Below are positions 28,656 to 37,487 of a DNA stretch of 64,000 bases, piece after piece. Under the pieces are notes generated by a model. That model saw only the letters and a program-made list of their open reading frames with translations. It was not told where the DNA came from and searched no databases. Position 1 is the stretch's first letter. The number at the start of each line of letters is the position of its first letter. The DNA comes from Fimbriimonadales bacterium. GTDB lineage: Bacteria > Armatimonadota > Fimbriimonadia > Fimbriimonadales > JABRVX01. The stretch lies in NCBI GenBank assembly GCA_045862955.1, contig BTVI01000001.1, positions 32,001 to 96,000 of the forward strand, read 5' to 3'. Made by a program: the position numbers and the translations under genes.

Positions 28656-30439
28656 TGGATCACTCCGTTCTCACCAGCGTCAGGCCTGAGCCGCCAGTGG
28701 GTCACCAGGTACGAGGCAATCTTCTGGAACACCGGCCCTGCCACGAGGCCGCCATAGTAGCCGTTGCGCGGCTCGTCGACTAGTACCAATACCACGGCCC
28801 GCGTGTTCTCGCTGGGCACCAGCCCCACGAAATAGGAGTCGTATAACGAGTTCGAGATTCGCTTGGTGATCGGGTCGGTGCGTTGGGCCGTACCCGTTTT
28901 TCCGCCGACGTGAAAACCAGGAACAGCGGCGCTGTGACCCGTGCCGGCCGGATCCTCCACGACGCCGGTCAACATCTGCCTCACCAGCCGAGCGACTTCG
29001 GGAGACACCACCTGCTTACCGGGTCGAACCGGATAGTCGCGGCCGTCCACGCTCGCAACCAGTCGGGGATGAACCGCTCGCCCGTCGTTTGCGAAAGCAC
29101 ACATCGCAGCGGCGAGGGCCAGAGGCGTTACCGACACACTCTGGCCGAATCCGAGCACGGCGAGTTGGTGTGCAGGATTGCCCCACGTCTCGGGTGGTGG
29201 CAGCAATCCTCTGGTTTCGCCGGGAAGCCCAACGCCAGTCTTGTCTACGCAGCCGAAGGCGTGGATGAACTCGACGAACCTTTCGGCGCCCAACCGCTGC
29301 GCAAATTCACCTGCTGCCAAATTGCAGCTCCTCACGATCGCCATATAGGGGTTCAGCGCGCCATGGGCACGTTTGCCACCATGAAGAGCGCACCGTGTAT
29401 CGCGCCCCCCGAACTTGCGTACGCCTGGGCAATAGGTTTGCGTTTCCGGAGACACCACCCCGGTCTCGAGAGCCGCAGCCACCGTGAACACTTTGAAGAC
29501 CGAACCCGGCGGGAAGGCCAAGCTGACACACGAGTTGCGCAGGGGAGACGAGTTCTCGTTCCGGTATCTCGTGCGAAGAGCCGCACCAGGATCGTTGGGG
29601 TCGAAGTCGGGCCAGCTAACCATCGCAAGCACATCGCCGGTTTTCGGCTCCATAACCACCACTGCTACCGTGGAAGGTGTGTGTTTGGTGATCACTTCGG
29701 CAATGGCCTCGGTGGCGGCTTGTTGGATGTCCAGGTCTATGGTCAGTCGCACGGTCTTACCGTGGCGCGCCGGCGTGTACCTCTCCCGATGGCCGGGTAG
29801 CACGTATCCTCGAGCGTCGGTCGGCCCGACGATGACACCATCCACCCCAGTCAGTATTGCGTTCTGCGCCTGTTCGATGCCGCCCAACGCATCGCCGGCT
29901 TCGTTCACGAAGCCTATCACATGCGATGCCAAGCGACCATTGGCGTACACCCGCTTCGAGACCGACTCCAAAGAGAGGCCATCTGCTCTCCAGGAGCGGG
30001 CCAAAGCGCGTAGTTGGGCGGCCTGTTCCTTGCTGAGGCCCGTGGCGACCACGTGACAGGCATTCGGGTTGCGCAGGAGGAGCATACTGACTTCGGCAGG
30101 CGAGACGCCGGCAACCGAAGCAATCGCAGCATGAAATGCCGGACTTTCGGGACAACGACTCGGGGTCAGTCCCAGGCGGTAGGTGACTACGGAAGTTGCG
30201 AGCGGCCGACCGTTCCGGTCCGTGATGTCGCCTCGCCTCGCGGGCACTGGAACGCTCTTTTGCAGTCGTGCTTGCCCTTCGCGCAGATACTTCTCATAAT
30301 CCTGCACCTGCATCGCCCAAAGGCGCACGACAACGGTGCAGAAACCGGCGATCAGCAACAGCGCCGGCAGGATCAGGCGACGACGAACGGCCCGGATTTC
30401 ACGTGCGTCCGTTGCCAAACGTACCTCCCACGCTAGCAT
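28652..30439 (-). CDS. ftsI: Class B penicillin-binding protein (FtsI/SpoVD-like)
   Basis: RRGDITDRNG; SxxK (GSVFK), SCN and KTGTAQ motifs. Confidence 0.92.
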   Translation of the reverse strand: MLAWEVRLATDAREIRAVRRRLILPALLLIAGFCTVVVRLWAMQVQDYEKYLREGQARLQKSVPVPARRGDITDRNGRPLATSVVTYRLGLTPSRCPESPAFHAAIASVAGVSPAEVSMLLLRNPNACHVVATGLSKEQAAQLRALARSWRADGLSLESVSKRVYANGRLASHVIGFVNEAGDALGGIEQAQNAILTGVDGVIVGPTDARGYVLPGHRERYTPARHGKTVRLTIDLDIQQAATEAIAEVITKHTPSTVAVVVMEPKTGDVLAMVSWPDFDPNDPGAALRTRYRNENSSPLRNSCVSLAFPPGSVFKVFTVAAALETGVVSPETQTYCPGVRKFGGRDTRCALHGGKRAHGALNPYMAIVRSCNLAAGEFAQRLGAERFVEFIHAFGCVDKTGVGLPGETRGLLPPPETWGNPAHQLAVLGFGQSVSVTPLALAAAMCAFANDGRAVHPRLVASVDGRDYPVRPGKQVVSPEVARLVRQMLTGVVEDPAGTGHSAAVPGFHVGGKTGTAQRTDPITKRISNSLYDSYFVGLVPSENTRAVVLVLVDEPRNGYYGGLVAGPVFQKIASYLVTHWRLRPDAGENGVIQ

Positions 30440-30911
30440 ACGGCGTGGTGCCGCCCGAGTCCTCGGTCCCGCGGCCTCCCTGCTCGTCGAGCACTACCAG
30501 GCTGCTACCTAGCACCATGTCATGCGCCGCAGCCCAACGGGAGATTCGTAAGGCCGCCGTGCGCTCGTCCACTTCAGCGCGCAGCGCCTGGTTTCGAGCG
30601 ACTACCGCCTCCAATCGCCCTTGCAAATTCACTACATCGGCTCTCGTCTGCTCGGCGAGGATGGAGCCGACAAACCCGAAACCCAGGTGGGCTGATAGCG
30701 CTAGCACGACAAAGCCGTAAGCGAAGGGCAATGCTCGCTTTCTCGGTCGGCGTCGGACTCTCGCGGTGGGGGACGCTACCACACTGCTTTGCCCGGCGGC
30801 GTTGGACTGCGGCATGCGGACCCGCACGTCGGTGGCAGGCACACGCGCGGCAATTCTGCCTCTCTTGCCCTGCCTCTCCTCTCTTACTCTCGGAGCAACC
30901 TTCGTTATCAT
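30399..30911 (-). CDS. FtsL-like bitopic coiled-coil protein
   Basis: Basic N-terminus, TM segment and coiled coil, positioned between rsmH and ftsI. Confidence 0.6.
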   Translation of the reverse strand: MITKVAPRVREERQGKRGRIAARVPATDVRVRMPQSNAAGQSSVVASPTARVRRRPRKRALPFAYGFVVLALSAHLGFGFVGSILAEQTRADVVNLQGRLEAVVARNQALRAEVDERTAALRISRWAAAHDMVLGSSLVVLDEQGGRGTEDSGGTTPYASVGGTFGNGRT

Positions 30912-30922
30912 TCTCGATCCTC

Positions 30923-31864
30923 TTAGCCTGATATGCGTCGAGCCACTCTCAGCTTCGCGCTGCGTGCGCGAGGGTTCGTTCGAATCTCTTCGGCGGTAGG
31001 CCGAACTGGCTTTGGTGTGAGTACCTCCACCAGTTGCACCTTGCCGCAGCGACACTCGGGGACGCCGCGTTCGCAAATGCACTTTCCTGACAGCCGAGCA
31101 AAGGCACGCTTGATCTGCCGATCCTCTAGGCTGTGGTATGCGAGCACGGCGATGCGGCCTCCGGGTGACAGCAGACCGATAGCCTGCTCCACCGCGTCCT
31201 GCAAGCCCACGAGCTCGCCCGTAACCGCGCATCGGATGGCCTGGAACGTGCGGGTGGCGAAGTGGATCCTTCGGTCCCGCGCGTGCGGAGGCACTGCATC
31301 CGATACCGCCGCGACAAGGTCGCCGGTGGAGCGCATCCTGCCTTGTCGTACGCGGACGAGGATAGCCCTGGCAATCGCGCGTGCGTGGCGTTCCTCGCCG
31401 TACTCTTTCAGGATGCGCTCCAACTCGGCTTCGCTGGTGCTCCTCAGGAGATGTTCCGCTGTCCGACCCACCTGCGACCGGTCCATCCGCATATCGAGCG
31501 GTCCCTCCTGTTGAAAGGAGAAGCCCCTCTCAGCCCGGTCGAGGTGGGCCGAACAGACACCCAGGTCAGCGGTGATGACATCGGCGTGCCGGATACCGAG
31601 TTGCCCGAGCACTGCCGGGAGCTTCCGGAAATCGGAGTGGATGAAGTGCTTCCTGCACACCAGCTCCGCAAGCCTCTCCTTGGCCCGCTCCAAAAGCTCC
31701 GCGTCCCAATCCAGACCTACCAGAGTCCCTTCCGGTCCAATCGCCGTCCCTAGCAAAGCTGCATGACCGCCCAACCCGAGGGTGGCATCCACTACGGTCT
31801 CGCCCCGTTGTGGAGCGGTATATCGAATGACCTCTAGGGCCATGACGGGCAGGTGCCCGGTCAT
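30923..31864 (-). CDS. rsmH: 16S rRNA m4C1402 methyltransferase RsmH
   Basis: HLPVM, DATLGLGGH, DLGVCS, GPLDMRMD, YHSLEDR, NPRARSAKLR. Confidence 0.97.
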   Translation of the reverse strand: MTGHLPVMALEVIRYTAPQRGETVVDATLGLGGHAALLGTAIGPEGTLVGLDWDAELLERAKERLAELVCRKHFIHSDFRKLPAVLGQLGIRHADVITADLGVCSAHLDRAERGFSFQQEGPLDMRMDRSQVGRTAEHLLRSTSEAELERILKEYGEERHARAIARAILVRVRQGRMRSTGDLVAAVSDAVPPHARDRRIHFATRTFQAIRCAVTGELVGLQDAVEQAIGLLSPGGRIAVLAYHSLEDRQIKRAFARLSGKCICERGVPECRCGKVQLVEVLTPKPVRPTAEEIRTNPRARSAKLRVARRISG

Positions 31865-31867
31865 GCC

Positions 31868-32380
31868 TTACACTCCGGGTGTGTTGTGTGGGCCGGCGGA
31901 GGGCCGAAGCACCATGCGCCTAAGAGGCGTGCGGTTCTTTGCCTTGTACTCGGCGGGGTTCTTGCGCATTTCTGCGTAATCGTGGCCCCTCCAAATCTGA
32001 AGGTGGCCGCTCGAGTCCCACACTAGGACCACTTCGGTGTTTGCGTCTATGTGCAGCTCTTTTCGCAAATGCTCTGGGATAGTCAGGCGACCGTTGGGCT
32101 TGATCTCTTGTCCATGCTCCGCAGGCTGCTCCACGGCGGTCTTGATCGTCCACCAGTCATCCTCGCTGTAGCACTTTTCCCGGAGACCAGCGATGTAGCT
32201 TTCAAAGTCCTCATCCGAGAAGCAGAGCAGTTCGCCGAGCAGGCCGCTGGTTAGGGTCACGCTGGAGCCGAGCGCTTCACGCATCCGCTGAGGGATGACC
32301 ACCCGACCCTTGTCGTCGGTTTTCGTGAACTCCCTCCCCAGACGCAGGGGTCTCGGTTGCTCCGCGCTCGATCCGCCCAA
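31868..32380 (-). CDS. mraZ: Division/cell-wall cluster repressor MraZ (divergent)
   Basis: DDKGRVVIP and second repeat NGRLTIP..LR; first gene of the dcw cluster. Start tentatively moved to TTG 32380 because the ORF-track start lies inside the promoter. Confidence 0.8.
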   Translation of the reverse strand: MGGSSAEQPRPLRLGREFTKTDDKGRVVIPQRMREALGSSVTLTSGLLGELLCFSDEDFESYIAGLREKCYSEDDWWTIKTAVEQPAEHGQEIKPNGRLTIPEHLRKELHIDANTEVVLVWDSSGHLQIWRGHDYAEMRKNPAEYKAKNRTPLRRMVLRPSAGPHNTPGV

Positions 32381-32444
32381 ATCTGCCTTCTCACGAACAA
32401 TTCTGCCACTCGGTGCCACGAACGGCTCCGTTTCGGGCAGGCAC

Positions 32445-32473
32445 ATCATATCACAGCGCCACTCAGCTGTCAA
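32445..32473 (-). promoter_or_regulatory. sigma70 promoter of the dcw operon
   Basis: TTGACA (32468-32473)-N17-TATGAT (32445-32450) with an extended TG on the minus strand. Confidence 0.8.
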
Positions 32474-32481
32474 GCGTTGAG

Positions 32482-32523
32482 CAAGGATTCCACCGTACTT
32501 TCACAAGGATTCCACCGTACTTT
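32482..32523 (-). promoter_or_regulatory. Direct repeats, probable MraZ boxes
   Basis: Two perfect 20-nt copies of caaggattccaccgtacttt (32482-32501, 32504-32523); on the minus strand GTGG/GTGA/GTGG recurs with 11-nt period. Confidence 0.65.
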
Positions 32524-32581
32524 GCTCAGCTTAGTAGAGAACACGTGGAAGTCCGTCTACTTTTCTAGGGGAGTTCGGCTA

Positions 32582-32862
32582 TAGTAGACGCTTATCTACT
32601 ACCGCAGTAGAGACTGCGTAGCGACGTCGCTGCCGGCTGGACAGGCACAGAACCCGCTGCCCCCATCCCAGCTGTCCGACTCAGGCGGCCAGCAGCTGGC
32701 GAGATGCCAGTGACTTCGCCGTCTCGGCGAAGTATTCGTCCGGCGAACCGGCGGAACTACGCCGTCCCGGAGACCTTCGCTCCGGCGGGACGGCGAAACT
32801 GCGCGTGGCGGAAGTGCCCGCAGCGCAACAATTGGCCGGCTCGAGGATATCGAGCCGGCCAA
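32582..32862. ncRNA. Array of about 9 back-to-back hairpins (candidate structured RNA)
   Basis: Stems at 32582-32601, 32603-32618, 32620-32631, 32639-32677, 32696-32710, 32713-32733, 32735-32756, 32760-32795 and 32832-32862. Confidence 0.45.
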
Positions 32863-32877
32863 CACGAGCTGCCGCTG

Positions 32878-34710
32878 TCAGCGAACGAGGGGTCTGTGAC
32901 TGCTACCCGCCTCGGTGATGTACCACTCGTATCCGCGCCGCTCAAGGGTGTAAGCGACATATACGGTTTCGTAGTAGTCGTCCACGTTGACGAAGGTGTG
33001 AGTGGCGTACACTACCACCATGTCACTGCTCCTGCGCGCGACGCGGTCCACACTGAACGACTTGGTACGAACGTTCAACACCGCGTCCCTCGTGATGGCT
33101 GCATAGTCGTATCCTTCCATCGAGTAGGAGTACTCGCCGTCGAGGAAAATCGCGATTCGATCTTCTGGCCGGACGTGTCTCTCGATGAGCCCCGGATCGG
33201 CATAGCGCCACGCGTCTACTATGTCCGATATGGCACGATCCAGCGGTGAGTACGTCGGTCTCTCTAGGTAGTACCCAGAGCGGACGTACACCCAAGAGAT
33301 GGGTCGCTCCACATACACTACCACTGGATACGAGACCCACACCACTCGCAAGTACCACACATACCCAGGAAGACAGCCATAGTAGTAGTAGAGGGATGGG
33401 ACCGTGCAGCGAGGAACGGGCACGTAGCAGTAGTAGTCCCAGTACCAGAACCGATCGCACCACCACGGATCATAGTGCCAGTAACCATGACGCCATCCAT
33501 CCACGTTCACGATGACACCCGCGCGATCTCTCTGCCGCTCGAGATGCCCGAAACGAATAGGAGCGGGTTTCTGCACCATTACGCCGGCGTCCTTGCGGTT
33601 CAGGTTGTGGTTGCCTCCTTTGTCGGGTGCAGGGACCCCGCGGATCTCGTTAGTGCGCGGATAGGTGATGCCCTGTTCGCGGTTATAGTTCTCACGGCCC
33701 GATCGGATGCCATCGAGCAACGCGCCGGCACTCTCACCTCCGCGCAAGTTCCCCGATGATGTTCCACCGCCAGGCCTCGGGGCCTCTCGCACATGGCCGC
33801 CATCGTAGGAGCCTTGTCCACCACTCCGAGGAGGTGTCACCACCGAACCACCCGACTGGCCGCCACTCCGAGGTGGTGTCACCACTGAACCACCCGACTG
33901 GCCGCCGCTGCGAGGAGGTGTCACTACCGAACCACCAGACTGGCCGCCACTCCGAGGTGGTGTCACCACCGAACCACCCGACTGGCCGCCACTCCGAGGT
34001 GGTGTCACCACCGAACCATCCGACTGGCCGCCACTCCGAGGAGGTGTCACCACCGAACCACCCGACTGGCCGCCACTCCGAGGTGGTGTCACCGCTGAAC
34101 CACCCGACTGGCCACCGCTCCGAGGTGGTGTCACCACTGAACCACCCGACTGGCCACCGCTGCGAGGAGGTGTCACCACCGAACCACCCGACTGGCCGCC
34201 ACTCCGAGGTGGTATCACCACCGTGCCACCCGACTGGCCGCCACTCCGAGGTGGTATCACCACCGTGCCACCCAACTGGCCGCCACTCCGAGGTGGTGTC
34301 ACCACTGAACCACCAGACTGGCCGCCGCTGCGAGGAGGTGTCACTACCGAACCACCCGACTGGCCGCCACCCCGAGGAGGTATCACCACTGAACCACCCG
34401 ACTGGCCGCCAATACGAGAAGGCGTGACCACCGAGCGCCCAGACTGACCTCCGCTGCGAGGCGGAGTAACCTGGGGACTTCCAGACTTTGCCGGAATGGA
34501 GCCCGACGAGCGGTACCTAGCCGGTGGCGTGTTCTTGGCATCAGAGCCTTTGTCGGCCGGCGCCTTGGAATCTGCTTGCGCAAAAACGGCAAGGGCCGCG
34601 CCGGCTTGCGCATGAGCCCCAGGAACTAGGCCCATGGTCGCAAGGAACAGAATGCCCGCGCCGACCCATATCGCCTTGCGAAGAACCGGGGCTTGCTGGC
34701 TGAAAATCAT
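32878..34710 (-). CDS. Secreted protein with G/S/P tandem repeats, a Trp/Tyr/Cys-rich segment and a C-terminal NTF2-like domain
   Basis: Signal peptide ending AHA-Q; about 15.5 copies of PPRSGGQSGGSVVT; WYWDYYCY..YYYYGC segment. Confidence 0.8.
   Translation of the reverse strand: MIFSQQAPVLRKAIWVGAGILFLATMGLVPGAHAQAGAALAVFAQADSKAPADKGSDAKNTPPARYRSSGSIPAKSGSPQVTPPRSGGQSGRSVVTPSRIGGQSGGSVVIPPRGGGQSGGSVVTPPRSGGQSGGSVVTPPRSGGQLGGTVVIPPRSGGQSGGTVVIPPRSGGQSGGSVVTPPRSGGQSGGSVVTPPRSGGQSGGSAVTPPRSGGQSGGSVVTPPRSGGQSDGSVVTPPRSGGQSGGSVVTPPRSGGQSGGSVVTPPRSGGQSGGSVVTPPRSGGQSGGSVVTPPRSGGQGSYDGGHVREAPRPGGGTSSGNLRGGESAGALLDGIRSGRENYNREQGITYPRTNEIRGVPAPDKGGNHNLNRKDAGVMVQKPAPIRFGHLERQRDRAGVIVNVDGWRHGYWHYDPWWCDRFWYWDYYCYVPVPRCTVPSLYYYYGCLPGYVWYLRVVWVSYPVVVYVERPISWVYVRSGYYLERPTYSPLDRAISDIVDAWRYADPGLIERHVRPEDRIAIFLDGEYSYSMEGYDYAAITRDAVLNVRTKSFSVDRVARRSSDMVVVYATHTFVNVDDYYETVYVAYTLERRGYEWYITEAGSSHRPLVR
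33815..34466 (-). repeat. Intragenic 42-nt tandem repeat, about 15.5 copies
   Basis: Unit ~ccactccgaggtggtgtcaccaccgaaccacccgactggccg; variation is mostly at synonymous positions. Confidence 0.95.
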
Positions 34711-34779
34711 CTTTCTCGCCTCCCAACCTTGGAGCCATCTGCTGCTCCAAGGAGTCAGACGCGCGAAGGCTGTTCGGCG

Positions 34780-35223
34780 TCAGCCCTTCTTTCGTCTGCC
34801 CCAAATAGCGTTGTCGAGAGACACGGGTCCGCCGCCCGCAAGAACGAAGTACAAGCCCATCGCTGCCAGCGCAAGGTTGTACTCGAACCCGTTGTCTTTC
34901 AACGAGAACCCGTGCTGGCCGTGTACCAGGGCGATCGCAACGGCCATGACCACGACGATGCCGAGCCCGCAGAGCCGCGTCAGGAATCCCAGGACGAGAC
35001 CGATCCCGCCGCCGAGCTCCGCGAGAATGGCGAGGTAGGTGAGAACGGGAGGGATTCCCAGACCCTTGAAGTTCTGGACCGTCTCCGATATGGAGCCAGT
35101 GCCGAACAAGCCCACCTTGTCAGCACCATGGTAGACAAAAACAGCTGCCAGAGCCAGTCGCAGAACCAGCGCTCCGAACTCGCGAAGCGCAACCGAGCCC
35201 TTCTTCTGCGATCCGTTGCTCAT
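34780..35223 (-). CDS. DoxX family membrane protein
   Basis: LVLRLALAAVFVYHGADK, ELGGG, GFLTR, GFEYNL, GGGPVSLD. Confidence 0.92.
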   Translation of the reverse strand: MSNGSQKKGSVALREFGALVLRLALAAVFVYHGADKVGLFGTGSISETVQNFKGLGIPPVLTYLAILAELGGGIGLVLGFLTRLCGLGIVVVMAVAIALVHGQHGFSLKDNGFEYNLALAAMGLYFVLAGGGPVSLDNAIWGRRKKG

Positions 35224-35317
35224 ACTCTATGCCTCCCTTCCCGTGACCTGCCGCACTACACGCGACAGGGCACGATGTTCGCTGCATCTATCACGTCCCG
35301 AAGGGTGCCCCCTTCGT

Positions 35318-36427
35318 CTAGCCCGCGCCGTCAGACTTGCAGCGTGCATCCGAGCGACTGATTGCGCGGGCGTATACCGCCTCGACTCGCTCCAACATCC
35401 TAGTATGCGTGAAGTTTTCGCGCACTCGCTGCTTACCCCGATCGCCCATCCGGATTCGCTTTTCGTCGTCCGAAAGCAACTGTCGGATTGCATCCGCAAG
35501 TCTTCGGCTGTCCTGCTCGATCAGCAGGCCGGTCTCTCGGTCCACTACGACTTCCTCGAGGCCGCCGGTTCGGGTCGCGATCACGGGACGACCTCGGGCC
35601 ATGGCCTCGATGGCCACCATGCCAAAGGTTTCCTTCTCGGAAGGAAGCAAGACGATCTCCATGGCATCCATCAGTTGCGCAACGTCGTCGCGGTCACCCG
35701 CGAGCACTACATAGCTTGCCAGTTCGTGCCGAGCGATGGCTGCCTCGAACTGTTCGCGAAAGCCGGGCTCTATCCGCCCAACGAAGAGGAAACGCGCCTT
35801 CTTTTCTGACTCGACGACTTGCCTCGCTGCCTCGAGGGCGATGAGGTGGCCTTTCTCCCGCGCGATTCGGCCGACTAGGCCGATAACCCGAGCATCCGAC
35901 GGGATGCCGAACTCCCCACGCACGTCTCTCGTCGTCTCGCTATCTGCCAAGAACTCGGTACCGTTGTGGACGAGGTCAATGGCATCGGCTCGGACACCGG
36001 CAGCGACGAGGCTGTCACGCACGGCCCCAGAAACAGCGATCACGCGGGAGCCTCGCCGAGCGACCAGCCGGTACACCGGATCGCGCGTGAAGACGTGAGC
36101 AGTGGCCACTTGAGGCACTCCGGAAAGGACTGAGAATAGCAGCCCGAGGTAGGTAGCTCGAGTTAGGTGGGTATGCACTACGTCATACCCTTCCCGGGAC
36201 GAGGCTCTGAGCAGAGTCCGGAGCACCACCAGAGACCCTAGGCCCCGCATCCTCAAAGGAAGGACATCGAAGCCGTCTCGACGCGACCACTCTGCGGAGG
36301 GGCATGCGACTGTCACTCGATGTCCGGCCTCGTGCAGCAACCGTGCGAGCAACTGGACGTGTCGCTCACCGCCGGAGTTCTTCGTGCTCGATACGATCTG
36401 CAGCACGTGCAAGGGGCGGTCGCTCAT
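35318..36427 (-). CDS. GT4 glycosyltransferase
   Basis: GGERH, VHTH, VHNG, GRIAREKG, PSEKETFGMVAIEAMARGRPVI. Confidence 0.92.
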   Translation of the reverse strand: MSDRPLHVLQIVSSTKNSGGERHVQLLARLLHEAGHRVTVACPSAEWSRRDGFDVLPLRMRGLGSLVVLRTLLRASSREGYDVVHTHLTRATYLGLLFSVLSGVPQVATAHVFTRDPVYRLVARRGSRVIAVSGAVRDSLVAAGVRADAIDLVHNGTEFLADSETTRDVRGEFGIPSDARVIGLVGRIAREKGHLIALEAARQVVESEKKARFLFVGRIEPGFREQFEAAIARHELASYVVLAGDRDDVAQLMDAMEIVLLPSEKETFGMVAIEAMARGRPVIATRTGGLEEVVVDRETGLLIEQDSRRLADAIRQLLSDDEKRIRMGDRGKQRVRENFTHTRMLERVEAVYARAISRSDARCKSDGAG

Positions 36428-37281
36428 TCCTTCCTCAATACTAGGATGTGCTGGTGGACGATGCTCGGGATAAAGGCGTAGCGATAGCCGTACAGGTGGA
36501 GCTGCTTACTCACATCGTACCAGACGATATCCGCTTTTAGTACCCAGCCTATGTTTTCCAACGAGTTGGCAAGGTCCGCCGACAGCAGGTGATAGCGCCC
36601 ACCTTGGTACATGTCGCCCACCAGGATGGCGCAGTATCCCTTCGGCCGCAGCAGATCGCGGCAGAGGCCGAACGCGGTGTTCATCTCTTCCAACCACTCC
36701 GTCTTGCCCCGTACTTCCCTGTTGTTGAAACGGCTCAGCCTCTTGCGCAAGCGTCCTTCCTCGGCCTCTTGCCCGAATCTCTTCCACCTCCCGTTGGATC
36801 GCTTTGCCGTGTCCATGTTCCAAAAGGGAACGTCCGTCAGCACGAAGTCGAACGGTCCTTGGAGCGACGGCAGCACCTGGAGGCAGTCGCCGACATGCGT
36901 CTCCTGCGGCGTCAGCCCCTCGCGTCGGCACACCTCGTGATAGATGTCCACCCACCGCGGCTCGATCTCGATACCGACGGCGCGTCGTTCCGTGATCGAG
37001 GCCCCGATCAGCGTTCCGCCGACCCCCATAAACGGGTCCAGGACGCTCCCCTCGCACTTGGTGAAGGTCCGGATCAGCTCTGCGCACAACTCGGGCGGCT
37101 TCTGGCCACCGTGCTGATTCCGTAGCTCGAATTGGAAAGAAGGGGGGTACGCCTTGGGGATCACCGAGCGTGTGGCGAACACCCACTCTCGTCCGGTGAG
37201 GTCGTTGAGGCGGTTGCGCGGGTCGTAGAGGCCTCGACTCGTGCCGTCCGGCTCGAACAGCTCCACAATCTCTGTCGGCAT
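36424..37281 (-). CDS. Orphan amino-methyltransferase (N6/N4 DNA MTase or TRM11-like)
   Basis: HGGQKP, VLDPFMGVGGT (motif I), GIEIEP, TDVPF (motif IV variant). Confidence 0.75.
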   Translation of the reverse strand: MPTEIVELFEPDGTSRGLYDPRNRLNDLTGREWVFATRSVIPKAYPPSFQFELRNQHGGQKPPELCAELIRTFTKCEGSVLDPFMGVGGTLIGASITERRAVGIEIEPRWVDIYHEVCRREGLTPQETHVGDCLQVLPSLQGPFDFVLTDVPFWNMDTAKRSNGRWKRFGQEAEEGRLRKRLSRFNNREVRGKTEWLEEMNTAFGLCRDLLRPKGYCAILVGDMYQGGRYHLLSADLANSLENIGWVLKADIVWYDVSKQLHLYGYRYAFIPSIVHQHILVLRKE

Positions 37282-37293
37282 ACACAGAAGCGC

Positions 37294-37320
37294 TTCGCCG
37301 GAAGGTAGTCAGCCTCCTAC
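37294..37320 (-). promoter_or_regulatory. SigH-like promoter upstream of the methyltransferase
   Basis: GTAGGA-N17-CGAA, 12 nt before the ATG. Confidence 0.5.
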
Positions 37321-37487
37321 TGATTGGCCCCCTGGGGAAGCCGAGTACTCGACGGCCTCTGTACGTGTGAATCATGCCCCGGCGCGGTCCTTGGGTTCGG
37401 CCTGCGCGCTCAGTAGGCTGGAAGCGGCGGACGCGGGCCGGGGCATAGAGGTACCAGGAAGCCCTTCGCCGGAAGGTGGGCAGCTTC

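Noticed and set aside
32545..32660. RNase P RNA (gtggaagtcc ... acagaacccgct, upstream of mraZ)
   Set aside because: The motifs are imperfect, only about 110 nt apart, and cannot form the P4 pairing. An Rfam scan would settle it.
33815..34466. CRISPR or non-coding repeat
   Set aside because: Contiguous 42-nt units with no spacers, in frame within a signal-peptide protein and with mostly synonymous variation. The + strand repeat ORF (33756-34427) is a shadow.
36424..37281. Restriction-modification or anti-phage defence system
   Set aside because: No nuclease, specificity subunit or other defence genes nearby; the context is housekeeping.
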